DNA of 64,000 nt from Candidatus Dormiibacterota bacterium (GTDB taxonomy: Bacteria > Chloroflexota > Dormibacteria > Aeolococcales > Aeolococcaceae): NCBI GenBank assembly GCA_036732145.1, contig DAINCY010000001.1, positions 5,197-69,196 on the forward strand, in the 5' to 3' direction. The notes under the pieces were generated by a model, which was given only the letters and a program-made list of their open reading frames with translations, searched no databases and had not been told where the DNA came from. Positions 30,696 through 40,349 of the stretch are shown one piece after another (positions within the stretch are counted from its first letter, which is position 1; the number at the start of each line of letters is the position of its first letter). The position numbers and the translations under genes are program-made.

Positions 30696-31688
30696 TCAGA
30701 CGGGTTGCCGCGCCGGCAATCTGACCTTGAGCGCGGTGTCGTCGGCCGCGAAGTCCAGGTCCCCATCCGCCGGTGCGTGGCGCAGGTGCCAGCCGACAGA
30801 GGAACGCAACGCGGTCATGGCATCACTGTCGGTGTAGCCGAGCAAGGATCTCGCCTTCGAGGTCGAGACGAGCACGTGCTGGGTGAGGCGCGCCGAGCTC
30901 AGCGACATGTCCTCAGGAAGGACAGCGTCGGGGACCTCGACCAACTCGATGTCGGACTGCGCAGCCTCGAGGATTCGCATCGCCCACAGGCGGATCGTCC
31001 AGGTTTGCTCCTCCCCCAGGTTGAACACCTCACCCTGCAACTCCGGGTGCTCGGCGGCAAGTCGCGCGCCGCGGGCGATGTCGCGAACCCAGCCTCGCGT
31101 CCACAGAAAGCCGCCGGCGCCAATGGGGATGCTGCGGCGCCGTGCCCGCACCCGTCGCAGGATGAACTCCTCGCGCCGCTGGTAGTCATGCTCCCCGTAG
31201 GTAGCCGGCACCCGCAGCACAATGGCGCGGCGGGCCAGATATTCGTCCTCGACGTCCTGCTTGGAGTAGGACTCGTGCGCGGCGCCCCGCCCGCGACGGG
31301 GATAGCGGTCCTCGCTCAGCGGCGCGGTCTCATCGATGGGGACAGAGTCCGTGTCGCGCGCCGCGTTGAGCGACGCGAAGGCGCGGTACACGTCCACGCT
31401 GGAGAGCACCACCAGGTGCGCCCCGTCGGGGCACGCCGCGAGGGCCCCGCGGGCGTCATCGCGTGACAACGCCAGGCAGTCCAGCACCGCGTCTGGCCGG
31501 GTGGCGGCCAACTGTGCCGCCTCCGCCGCCCAGCGGTCGCGCGAGAGGTGGATGTGCGTCACCAGCGGCATGTCGGCCGGCTCACGATCGCCGCGGTGGA
31601 CAAGCGTGACATCGTGCCCCGCCGCCACCAGGTCCTCGACGATGGCACGGCCAATGAAGTGGGTTCCGCCGAGGATAAGCACACGCAT
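30696..31688 (-). CDS. NAD-dependent epimerase/dehydratase family protein (extended SDR)
   Basis: N-terminal Rossmann motif MRVLILGGTHFIGRAIV. 330 aa. Confidence 0.75.
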   Translation of the reverse strand: MRVLILGGTHFIGRAIVEDLVAAGHDVTLVHRGDREPADMPLVTHIHLSRDRWAAEAAQLAATRPDAVLDCLALSRDDARGALAACPDGAHLVVLSSVDVYRAFASLNAARDTDSVPIDETAPLSEDRYPRRGRGAAHESYSKQDVEDEYLARRAIVLRVPATYGEHDYQRREEFILRRVRARRRSIPIGAGGFLWTRGWVRDIARGARLAAEHPELQGEVFNLGEEQTWTIRLWAMRILEAAQSDIELVEVPDAVLPEDMSLSSARLTQHVLVSTSKARSLLGYTDSDAMTALRSSVGWHLRHAPADGDLDFAADDTALKVRLPARQPV

Positions 31689-31743
31689 CGCGCCATCGTA
31701 GGCAGGCGCCGCAGCCTGCGAGGGGCGCTCATACTCGGATGCT

Positions 31744-32595
31744 GTGACGCAAGGCGGGGCGCTCGCGACCGAATCAGCCCTCGGCGAGCCCCTCCTGGCG
31801 CAGGTCCACGGTCGCCAAGATCCGCCGTGGCTGCGGAATTTTCACGACGGATCGCACGAATGGCGCCGGCTGTTCTCGGAGCTTCTCGGCACCTTTCTCC
31901 TCGTTCTTGTCGGCGTGGGGGCCGGCGTGGTGACGTCGGTCAGCGGGGTGCCGATCTCGCGTGCTGCTGCCGTGACCGCCCCCGGGCTCCTGGTGATGGC
32001 TGTGATCCTCTTCATGGGCAAGGTCAGCGGCGCCCACCTCAACCCCGTCGTCAGCGTCGCCTTCGCGTTGCGCTCGGAGTTCCCGTGGCGGCGGTTGCCC
32101 GGCTACGTGGCCGCCCAGGCAGCGGGCGGGTTGCTCGCCTGCCTCTTTCTCTGGGCCGTGCTCGGCAGGCCGGGCAGTTTCGGCGCGACCATCCCGGCCC
32201 CTGCGATCAGCGACGTCCAGGCCATGCTCATCGAGGTCGTGCTCACCATGGGCCTGGTCAGCGTCATCCTCGGCACCGCGTCGAGTGCCCAGAACGTCGG
32301 CGGATTGTCCGCGATCGCCGTCGGAGGCTACATCGCGCTGGCGGGGCTGTGGTCGAGCCCGATCAGCGGGGCGTCGATGAACCCGGTGCGCTCCTTCGCG
32401 CCGGACCTTGTCCGCGGCGACCTCTCACACACCTGGCTGTACGTCGTCGGACCGCTGCTGGGCGCACTCGTCGCCGTCGGCTTTGCCTTTGTGCTGCGCG
32501 GCAAGGGTGCCGACAGCGCCGCCATGATCGCGGCCCAGGGAGATCCGCCGAAGACGCGCACTGACAGTGGCCACCGCAACGATCATCGGAGGTGA
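31744..32595 (+). CDS. MIP/aquaporin family channel
   Basis: Two half-repeats with SGAHLNPVVS (NPV) and GASMNPVRS motifs. Six TM helices. 283 aa. Confidence 0.8.
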   Translation: MTQGGALATESALGEPLLAQVHGRQDPPWLRNFHDGSHEWRRLFSELLGTFLLVLVGVGAGVVTSVSGVPISRAAAVTAPGLLVMAVILFMGKVSGAHLNPVVSVAFALRSEFPWRRLPGYVAAQAAGGLLACLFLWAVLGRPGSFGATIPAPAISDVQAMLIEVVLTMGLVSVILGTASSAQNVGGLSAIAVGGYIALAGLWSSPISGASMNPVRSFAPDLVRGDLSHTWLYVVGPLLGALVAVGFAFVLRGKGADSAAMIAAQGDPPKTRTDSGHRNDHRR

Positions 32596-32610
32596 GACAG
32601 CGGGCAGCCG

Positions 32611-33279
32611 TCAGGCCTCGCTTCGGTTCTCCATCTCCCAGGCGTGGTCCAGCACATGCCACGCAATGCGCCGCCCCGCGTAGCGGGGCAGCCACCCGCG
32701 GTCAACGGGCACCTCGCTGAGGTCGGCGGTGCGCAGCAGGGCGAGGATGGCCTCGCGCATGGCCGTGATCCGCTCCGTCTCGCCGGCGTGTGGCTGCGGC
32801 ACGCGGATGCCGAGCTTGCGGGCATAGGCGTGCTCTGCGGCGAGGACGTGGTCGACCATTGGATCGCGGTCGCGCCCCCCGCCGCGCGGTCCTTTGCGCA
32901 GCGACTGCGGCGTGGTGGCGACGACGCCGTCGAACACCGTCCACGCGGCCGCAACGAGAGCGGTCAGCCGCCTCGCGCCCGCCGCGCTCAGACGCTCACC
33001 CTCCAGCTTCGCCGCCGTCGCGGGGGCGCCGAAGTCGGTCGTGGCCGAACCTGGCATCCGCTCGATCACTGTGAACTCGCCCACTGCAAACGGCAGCGAT
33101 GCCGCGCTCGCCACCGCCCCGTATCGCCTCTCATGGTCGGCAAGCGCGTCGAGAGCGGACCGCTCGTCCTTGCCTGACCGGCACCACCCCGGCCAGTCGA
33201 GGGCGCTGGCGAACGCGCGCTTGCTGGTCGCCTCGATGCATACCCTGACCGCTCGGGTTGGTGCGGACCTGGCGGGCAT
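32611..33279 (-). CDS. Hypothetical protein, possibly DinB/YfiT-like helical-bundle fold
   Basis: ~222 aa from the internal ATG at 33279. C-terminal HVLDHAWEM-type motif. The long N-terminal extension of the ORF would overlap the hflX promoter and is rejected. Family assignment is weak. Confidence 0.35.
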   Translation of the reverse strand: MPARSAPTRAVRVCIEATSKRAFASALDWPGWCRSGKDERSALDALADHERRYGAVASAASLPFAVGEFTVIERMPGSATTDFGAPATAAKLEGERLSAAGARRLTALVAAAWTVFDGVVATTPQSLRKGPRGGGRDRDPMVDHVLAAEHAYARKLGIRVPQPHAGETERITAMREAILALLRTADLSEVPVDRGWLPRYAGRRIAWHVLDHAWEMENRSEA

Positions 33280-33385
33280 CGGCGGGCAGCATTGCACAGC
33301 CACCCGCGCGACAGCGATCCTCGGCAGCGCGACGTGCCGCGCGGATGAAACCGCCTTCGGGACAATGCAATAGGCTAGGCCGCGC

Positions 33386-34642
33386 ATGGCACGGCAGAGA
33401 CGCAGCGGCGCAGATCCCGCTATCGCGACAACGCTCGACAAGGTCCTGATCGCCGGAGCCTTCCGGGGCGGCCGGAGGCGCGAGCAGACCGAGATCGAGC
33501 TCGACGAGCTCGAGGAGCTGGCTCGCACCCTGGGAACATCGGTCGTCGAGCGCGCCGCGGTTCCGCTCCGCGACATCCACCCTGGGACGTTTTTCGGCTC
33601 GGGTATGGTGGAGGCGCTCGGGGCGCGCATCGACGAGCTCGGCGGGCCCGCCGCGCTCATCAATGACCAGCTCTCGCCGCGCCAGCAGCGCAATCTCGAG
33701 GAGAGCTGGGGCGTGCCCGTGCTCGACCGTACCGAGGTGATCCTCTCGATCTTCGCGCGACGTGCCCGCACGGCCGAGGGGCGCGTGCAGGTGGAGATGG
33801 CCCAGCTGGAACATCAGCTCCCGCGTCTCGCCGGAGGATGGGCGCACCTGGAACGGCAGCGCGGCCGCGTCGGCACCGGCGGCATGCGCGGTGGCATGGG
33901 CGAGAAGCAGATCGAGGTGGACCGCAGGCTCATCAACCAGAAGCTGCGCAGGCTGCGCCAGCGTCTCAAGGAGATCGAGCGCCAGCGCACCACCCGGCGG
34001 ACGGCGCGCTCGGCGGTGCCGCTGGCCTCATGCGCGCTGGTGGGCTACACCAACGCAGGCAAGTCGACCCTGCTCAACCGCCTCACCCACTCGACCGTCC
34101 TCGCCGACGACCTGCTGTTCGCTACGCTCGACCCCACGTCGCGGCTGCTCGGTCTGGCCAGCGGACGCCGCATCATCGTCACCGACACCGTCGGATTCAT
34201 TCAGTCGCTCCCGCATGAGCTGGTCGAGGCATTCGCGGCGACGCTGGAGGAGGTCCGCGAGGCCCACCTGCTCACCATCGTCGTCGACGCCGCTCACCCT
34301 GATGCCGAGGCGCAGCTGGAGACCGTGCTGGCCACCCTGGAGGAGATGGGCTGCGATCAGCCGGCGGTTCTTGCCGTCAACAAGGTCGATCGCCTCGCCG
34401 CCACGGTGGCGGACGACATGGCGCGGCGGCTCGGAGCCATCGCCGGCATCCCCCCGGTGCAGATCTCCGCGGCCAAGGGCACCGGCATGCGCGAACTGCG
34501 ACAGGCCATCGACGAGCTGGCGGCTCAGGCCGTGCCCGACACCCGCGCCAACCGCCCCATCATCGCCGCAGAGCCCTTCGAAGGCATCGTGGCTGAGCTC
34601 GAGAGCGAACCCCTCGGCAGCGCGCGGCGAGCCGCCTCCTGA
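33386..34642 (+). CDS. hflX: GTPase HflX
   Basis: HflX N-terminal domain. G-domain motifs GYTNAGKST (G1), DTVGF (G3), NKVD (G4). 418 aa. Confidence 0.9.
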   Translation: MARQRRSGADPAIATTLDKVLIAGAFRGGRRREQTEIELDELEELARTLGTSVVERAAVPLRDIHPGTFFGSGMVEALGARIDELGGPAALINDQLSPRQQRNLEESWGVPVLDRTEVILSIFARRARTAEGRVQVEMAQLEHQLPRLAGGWAHLERQRGRVGTGGMRGGMGEKQIEVDRRLINQKLRRLRQRLKEIERQRTTRRTARSAVPLASCALVGYTNAGKSTLLNRLTHSTVLADDLLFATLDPTSRLLGLASGRRIIVTDTVGFIQSLPHELVEAFAATLEEVREAHLLTIVVDAAHPDAEAQLETVLATLEEMGCDQPAVLAVNKVDRLAATVADDMARRLGAIAGIPPVQISAAKGTGMRELRQAIDELAAQAVPDTRANRPIIAAEPFEGIVAELESEPLGSARRAAS

Positions 34643-34759
34643 CCGCGCCTGACACCATCTGACTGGCGCGCGGCCGGTCGGCCTGTCGTCCCGTCGCACC
34701 TGCGTAACGGTCGCGCACACAGAAGGCCGAGCGCTGCCGGAGGGCCGACACTGGCGGGC

Positions 34760-36079
34760 GTGTCGGTGATGACCCGGCGGTGGCTGGCACCGCGCGCGGA
34801 CGGTTCCACCCGCGACTGGCGGTCGATCGTCACCGTGCTGCTCACGGCGGGCTCCATCGCCGCGGTGGTCGGCGCGGTCTACAACTTCGTGATTCTGCCG
34901 CTGATCGGATCCTTCGCGGGCCCCTTCGAGGACTTCGCCGTATATGCGAAGGCGGCCAGCGCCGTCGCCGCCGGAACCTCGCCGTATGCCCTCTTCGACG
35001 GCGGCACGATCGTGATGTCGGTGGGCTTCGACTACCCGCCCTTCGCGGCTGTGGTGCTCCGACCCCTGGCGGCGCTGTCGCAGCGCTGGCAGGAGCTGAC
35101 CTGGTTGTGGATCGCACTGGTGGCCCTGGTCGGTGGCGCGCTGATCACGGCTCGAGCCCTGCTGCCCTCGACCTGGCCGCGCGCGCGTATCGCCGTCTTC
35201 GTGGCTCTCACCTTCCCGCCCGCAACGTACAACCTCTGGCACGGGCAGATCAATACCGTCATCTTTCTTCTCCTGGCGATGGCGATGTCCGACTACCTGT
35301 CGGGGCACCGCACCCGCTGCGGAATCATCCTCGGGGTCGCAGCGGGCATCAAGCTCGCCCCCGTGGTCCTGCTCCTCGTCCTGGTCCGCCGGGGTTGGTG
35401 GCGCGGCGCGCTCGCCGGGGTTGCCGCCGGCACCGGCACGGTGGCAATTGGCGTGGCAGCGCTCGGCTGGTCTGTGACCCGCCACTACCTGACGTCGGTG
35501 CTGCCGGTGCTCAACCGGGACAACGGTTGGATCTACAACCAGACCTGGAACGGCGTGATCAACCGGCTGGGGCAACACTCCGTGCTGACTGTGGACAACC
35601 CGGCTCCCTGGCTGCACGGCGTGGCCACCGCGCTTTCGCTGGCGACCGTGGGCCTGATCCTGGTCGCTGTGAGCAGACGCGAGCGCACCCGCGCAGAGCA
35701 TGGGGCGGAATTTGCCTGCGGAGTGGCGGCCATGTTGCTCGCCGGCGCGATCGCCTGGTATCCGGTGTATGTGCACCTGCTCATCGCCATCGCGGCAGCC
35801 GTTGGCCTCGCGAACGAGCGCGGGCGGCTTGGCCACGCGCTGATGGGTTGGAGCGCCGGCGCATTGATCGGAGTCGGGCTCGTCGGAGGCGCGGCGATTG
35901 CCGCTCTTAGCATCCAGGGCATCAGCGCGATCTCCACCGGGCCTTTCTGGTGGCTGTTCCTCCAGGCGTGCTCGCTGCCTGCGGTCCTGGCGACCGGGCT
36001 TCTTGTCACGCTGGTCAGGGCGCTGCGTGATCGACCTGTGGTGGCCGGTCCGGTCAGAGTCGCTGCGCCCGCGCTGTGA
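34760..36079 (+). CDS. Polytopic glycosyltransferase of the GT87/DUF2029 family (PimE-like, GT-C mannosyltransferase)
   Basis: 439 aa with ~10 TM helices. N-terminal loop carries the DYPPF-type motif (GFDYPPFAAVV) characteristic of DUF2029/GT87. Confidence 0.65.
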   Translation: MSVMTRRWLAPRADGSTRDWRSIVTVLLTAGSIAAVVGAVYNFVILPLIGSFAGPFEDFAVYAKAASAVAAGTSPYALFDGGTIVMSVGFDYPPFAAVVLRPLAALSQRWQELTWLWIALVALVGGALITARALLPSTWPRARIAVFVALTFPPATYNLWHGQINTVIFLLLAMAMSDYLSGHRTRCGIILGVAAGIKLAPVVLLLVLVRRGWWRGALAGVAAGTGTVAIGVAALGWSVTRHYLTSVLPVLNRDNGWIYNQTWNGVINRLGQHSVLTVDNPAPWLHGVATALSLATVGLILVAVSRRERTRAEHGAEFACGVAAMLLAGAIAWYPVYVHLLIAIAAAVGLANERGRLGHALMGWSAGALIGVGLVGGAAIAALSIQGISAISTGPFWWLFLQACSLPAVLATGLLVTLVRALRDRPVVAGPVRVAAPAL

Positions 36080-36533
36080 TGCGTTCGACGTCACGGCGGG
36101 CGTCGCGTTCGGCGATGGCCTGGCGCTTGTCCCACAGCTTCTTGCCCTTGCACAGCCCGATTTCGAGCTTGATGCGGTTGCGCTTGAGGTAGAGGCGGAG
36201 GGGAATGAGGGTGAGGCCCTGCTGGGCCACCTTGGCGCCCAGATACTCGATCTCGCGCTTGTGGAGGAGCAGGCGGCGGCGCCGCTGCGGCTCGTGGTTG
36301 CGACGGTGGCCCTGTGTGTACTCCGCGATATTGACCCCGAGCAGCCACGCCTCCCCGTTCTCGACACGCACGTAGCCCTCGCGCAGCTGAGTGCGGCTGT
36401 CGCGGAGCGCCTTGACCTCAGTGCCGGCGAGCTCGATCCCCGCCTCGAAGGTTTCCAGGATGGAGTACTCGTGCGAGGCCTGGCGATTGCGCGCCAGCGT
36501 GGGATCGGTTGTCTTGGGCTTGGTCGTCGCCAT
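36054..36533 (-). CDS. smpB: SsrA-binding protein
   Basis: 159 aa. SmpB signature NRQASHEYSILETFEAGIEL..GTEVKALR. Basic C-terminal tail. Confidence 0.9.
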   Translation of the reverse strand: MATTKPKTTDPTLARNRQASHEYSILETFEAGIELAGTEVKALRDSRTQLREGYVRVENGEAWLLGVNIAEYTQGHRRNHEPQRRRRLLLHKREIEYLGAKVAQQGLTLIPLRLYLKRNRIKLEIGLCKGKKLWDKRQAIAERDARRDVERITARAQRL

Positions 36534-36604
36534 GGAGTGTTATGTACAGCAGTACGCTGCGCCTTCGTCCTCGAACCTCTCACTGCTGGAGGGCCCTGTG
36601 CGTG

Positions 36605-37120
36605 GTGCAAGATCTGGCCGATCCCCGCCGTGTCGAGCCGCCATACCTTCTCACTGAGCGGGCAATGCTGGAGGCCTGGCTTGACTTCCACCGCACCACG
36701 CTCCTGCTCAAGTGCGAGGGTCTGGACGACCAGGGACGCAAGGCCAGGCCGGTGGCATCCTCGAAGCTGTCACTTCACGGCCTGATCAGGCACATGGGAG
36801 AGGTCGAGCGCGGCTGGTTTCGTCGAACGCTTCTCCGCGACCCGCTGGCGCCGGCGATCTGGCGCGATCCTGCCGTGGAGGACAGCGAGCTGACACCTCT
36901 GGACGGCGCCGACTGGGACGCCGACCTCGCCGCATGGCAGGCCGAGTGTGTGAGCAGCAGAGTCGCCGCCGCAGAACACGACCTGGACGACACCGGGCTG
37001 CGGCACGGCGAGCCGTGCTCACTCCGCTGGATCTATGTCCACATGATCGAGGAATACGCCCGCCACAACGGTCACGCGGACCTCATTCGCGAACTGCTGG
37101 ACGGGGCTGTCGGCTGGTGA
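36605..37120 (+). CDS. DinB_2/DUF664 family protein (mycothiol-dependent maleylpyruvate-isomerase-like fold)
   Basis: Classic DUF664 C-terminal motif HMIEEYARHNGHADLIRELLDG. Start at the in-frame GTG at 36605. Confidence 0.65.
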   Translation: MQDLADPRRVEPPYLLTERAMLEAWLDFHRTTLLLKCEGLDDQGRKARPVASSKLSLHGLIRHMGEVERGWFRRTLLRDPLAPAIWRDPAVEDSELTPLDGADWDADLAAWQAECVSSRVAAAEHDLDDTGLRHGEPCSLRWIYVHMIEEYARHNGHADLIRELLDGAVGW

Positions 37121-37259
37121 GAATGCAGCCGTCCCACTGATCGTCGAAAGTCGCCGGCGGAGGGTCTGCGGTGCCGATGCCTTGGTAGCCACCGAACACG
37201 CAGTGAGGAGCGCGTGAGGCCGATGACAACGGCACCGCGAGCGCCATGCCGACGAGGAC

Positions 37260-38174
37260 TCACCGGGGCCTCGCGCAGGCAGGCACCGAATACAAGGTGT
37301 TGGTCGTCGAGTCAACGATCTCCAGGGTTCCCGTTGCCGTGACGGCCAGCCCTTGGGGGGCGGGCAGGTTGACCGCCACGGCCACCGACGCACCGGACGC
37401 TGGATCCACGGCCAGAACGTCGCGATGGTCCAGCTCGGTGACGTAGAGGAGCCCGGCGTACATCACCACCTCGTCGAGATCCGTGAAATGTCCCAGCGAC
37501 CGCTTCGCGCCCGCCGGCGTCACGATCGTCAAGCCCGGGCTGGATTCACTGGCGACGATGATGTCGCCAGCGCCGTCGGTGGTCGCCGCGACCGGGCGAC
37601 CGAGGCCGGACGCGAGAAGCTCGGGAGTGGGCGTGCCGCTGAGGCGGACGGCGAACAGCTCACCGGTAGGGCTGTCGGGGACGAGGACGCGGTGGCCGGC
37701 GACGTCGCTCGCGATGCCGTCAATCCCGGCGTTGTTGGTGTGGTTGGGGAGGGTGACCACAGTCCGGAGCGTCGGCGCGATCTCCAGAACGGAATTGAGG
37801 TTTTGTTGCGCCACGTACAGGGCGGTGGCATCGGTTGCGACGCCCTCGGGACCACCGGGAGCATCCTGCGTGGTGACCGCCCCCCCGGAGGCGTCCATGC
37901 CGATGAGCAGATTCGCCTCGCGAGCGGTCACCCAGAGGCGCCCGCCTGCGTCGACTGTGATGTCGTCGGGCGACACGGAGAAGTGATGGACGACATGCAG
38001 GGCGCTGCTGTCGCGGGCGGGGCCGCAATCGGCCAGCGTGGCCGTGACAGCGGACGAGGGGCTCGCTGTTGCGGTGGGGGCTGTGGTCGTGACAATTGCC
38101 GAGGACGAGGCTATGCGGGTGGGAATCGCGCCGGTACTGCCACATGACGCTGCGGTTGCTGCGACCAGCACCAT
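37260..38174 (-). CDS. Lipoprotein with an NHL/SGL-like beta-propeller domain
   Basis: Lipobox LVAATAASCGS after the internal ATG. Thr/Ser-rich linker. Repeated G..D/ALYV..-type propeller blades. 304 aa. Confidence 0.55.
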   Translation of the reverse strand: MVLVAATAASCGSTGAIPTRIASSSAIVTTTAPTATASPSSAVTATLADCGPARDSSALHVVHHFSVSPDDITVDAGGRLWVTAREANLLIGMDASGGAVTTQDAPGGPEGVATDATALYVAQQNLNSVLEIAPTLRTVVTLPNHTNNAGIDGIASDVAGHRVLVPDSPTGELFAVRLSGTPTPELLASGLGRPVAATTDGAGDIIVASESSPGLTIVTPAGAKRSLGHFTDLDEVVMYAGLLYVTELDHRDVLAVDPASGASVAVAVNLPAPQGLAVTATGTLEIVDSTTNTLYSVPACARPR

Positions 38175-38358
38175 GCCGGCGAGACGGCGGCCGGGCCCGG
38201 ACTGAGGTGGCACCGGATGAAGCGTACGGCAGCAATCTGAATCGTGGCTGAAAGTCGATGATGCCGGCCGGCTGACCCACCGCGCCGGTGGACCGTCGCG
38301 TGGCTTCGTCAACGTTTCTGGCCGCCAACGCAGCCCAGGGGGAGCCGCCGCTCAGGCG

Positions 38359-38799
38359 CTACCGCGAGGCACCAACCGGCTCCCGGAGTCGCTCGTTGCT
38401 GCGCTCCTCGTCGGCCGGAGTGGTTTCCACATCCGGCTCGGACAGCAGCGCCTTCCAGATGCCGGGGTCGAATCGCGGAGGCTTGGACGAGGGCTCAGTA
38501 CCTGGCCCGCGGTCGTCGCCGTGGTCGTTCTCAGGAGGAACTGTCTCCGGCGTCATGCAGGCGACGAGCAGGCCAGAGATGACGAGGCCGACGACCAGGC
38601 CGGTGGGGATGTACTCAACCGCCCACACGCCACTCATCGCTCCGGCGGTGACCAGGATGGCGACCGTGCCGACAAAAGCGAGGATGGGCGTGGCCCAGAC
38701 CCACTCGCTCTGTCCGCTGTGATCGATGTGGAGCAGTTGATCGAGCCGGCGCAGCTGCTCAGAGACCCTCTTCGAGACCCTTCCGGTGTGACGTGGCAT
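38359..38799 (-). CDS. Hypothetical 2-TM membrane protein
   Basis: 146 aa. Two hydrophobic helices and an acidic Pro-rich C-terminus. No family recognised. Confidence 0.4.
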   Translation of the reverse strand: MPRHTGRVSKRVSEQLRRLDQLLHIDHSGQSEWVWATPILAFVGTVAILVTAGAMSGVWAVEYIPTGLVVGLVISGLLVACMTPETVPPENDHGDDRGPGTEPSSKPPRFDPGIWKALLSEPDVETTPADEERSNERLREPVGASR

Positions 38800-38876
38800 C
38801 GCTCACCCTCACAAGGCCCATGCGTCCGTGAAGCATGGCACACATCGACCGCTCAGGTGGCCGGGCGCTGTGCTGA

Positions 38877-39794
38877 TCAGGACGGCCGCGTTCGACGGCC
38901 GCGGAGGTACGCGGCGGCGCTCATCGGCCGCCCGCCTGGCGGCTGGACGAACCCGACACGGTACACACCGCCGGCGGTCGCGACGTCAACGTCCTCCCCC
39001 GCAGTAGCGACCGCGTCGCCTGGAGTGGCGCCACGGGCGTCCATCCCGGGCAGCTCGCCGGCAATCAACCGCACCCGCTGGCCGCCCAGAGGGGCTGTGA
39101 CACCGGGCCACGGGTGCAGAGCGCGGACGCGCCGGTCCACCTCAACTGCAGAGACCGCGGACCACTCGATCGCACCGTCCTCGCGCGTCAGGCGCGGCGC
39201 GTAGGTCGTCTGCGAGTCGTCCTGTGGGATGGCGACGGCGCTGCCGGCGGCGAGAGCCTCGAGAACAGCGAGCAGCAGGCCGGCTCCGTGCTCGGCAAGC
39301 CGCTCCGCAAGCAGCGGGGTGGTATCGGCCGGTGCGATATCGATCTCACGCATCGCATACACGGCTCCCGTGTCCAAGCCCACATCCATGCGCATGATCG
39401 ACACGCCGGTGCGCTCATCCCCGGCCAGGATGGCCGCGGCCACGGGTGCCGCCCCCCGCCAGCGCGGCAGCACCGACCCGTGGACGTTGATCCCGCCAAG
39501 GCGAGGTCCATCGAGCAGCGATGCCGGGATGATCTGGCCATAGGCGGCCACAACCAGCGCGTCGGGTTGCAACGCGAGGATCGCCTCCACGCTCTCGGGC
39601 GCGCGAATGTGCTGGGGACGCAGCACCGGCAGTTGCAGCAGTTGAGCCGCGTCACCGACCGGCCGCGACGCCGGTAAACCTCGGGAGCCCGGACGGTCGG
39701 GCTGCGTGACCACCGCCAGCACATCGTGAACATCCACCAGCGCACGCAACGAGGGGACGGCGAAGTCCGCCGTACCGCAGAAAACGATGCGCAT
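38877..39794 (-). CDS. fmt: Methionyl-tRNA formyltransferase
   Basis: N-terminal MRIVFCGTADFAVPSL. Formyltransferase motifs HGSVLPRWRGAAP. C-terminal Fmt domain. Confidence 0.9.
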   Translation of the reverse strand: MRIVFCGTADFAVPSLRALVDVHDVLAVVTQPDRPGSRGLPASRPVGDAAQLLQLPVLRPQHIRAPESVEAILALQPDALVVAAYGQIIPASLLDGPRLGGINVHGSVLPRWRGAAPVAAAILAGDERTGVSIMRMDVGLDTGAVYAMREIDIAPADTTPLLAERLAEHGAGLLLAVLEALAAGSAVAIPQDDSQTTYAPRLTREDGAIEWSAVSAVEVDRRVRALHPWPGVTAPLGGQRVRLIAGELPGMDARGATPGDAVATAGEDVDVATAGGVYRVGFVQPPGGRPMSAAAYLRGRRTRPS

Positions 39795-39825
39795 CAGGCG
39801 CGGTCTCAGCGCAGCCCGGCGGCGG

Positions 39826-40341
39826 TCAGCCGACGAGCTCGCCCTCGAGCGCCTCGGCCTGCGCCTCGTCGGCGGGGTCCCAGCGTCGCAGCGTTCCCTC
39901 GATGACCTTGGTGGTGAAGAGGATGCCGTCCAGATGGTCGATCTCGTGCTGGATCGCCCGAGCCAGGAGGCCGTCGCCCTTGACGCGGATCTCCTTGCCG
40001 TGGCGGTTCTGCCCCTTGGCGACGACGCGCTGACAGCGGGTGACCTCGCCGATCAGTCCGGGGACGGACAGGCAGCCTTCAAAGCCGGTCTGTTCGCCCT
40101 CGCAGCGCACCATCTCCGGGTTGGCCAGCTGGTAGACCTGGTTGTCGACCTTGAGCACGATGACGCGCAGAGGCACGCCCACCTGGGGCGCGGCCAGACC
40201 GGCGCCGTGCGCGTCGATCATGGTTTCGACCATGTCGTCCATCAACTTGCGAATGGTGTCGTCAACGCGCGGCGCACGCGTGGCCTTGCTGACGAGAACC
40301 GGGTCCTCGTCAGCGGCGAGGACGATGGGGAGCACTGCCAA
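39826..40341 (-). CDS. def: Peptide deformylase
   Basis: Three signature motifs: GAGLAAPQVG, EGCLSVPG and QHEIDHLDG. Confidence 0.9.
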   Translation of the reverse strand: MAVLPIVLAADEDPVLVSKATRAPRVDDTIRKLMDDMVETMIDAHGAGLAAPQVGVPLRVIVLKVDNQVYQLANPEMVRCEGEQTGFEGCLSVPGLIGEVTRCQRVVAKGQNRHGKEIRVKGDGLLARAIQHEIDHLDGILFTTKVIEGTLRRWDPADEAQAEALEGELVG

Positions 40342-40349
40342 GGGTCACC

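Noticed and set aside
27402-36053. Genomic island integrated at ssrA
   Set aside because: No integrase, transposase, att-site duplication or compositional shift. The gene content is housekeeping, transport and stress-related.
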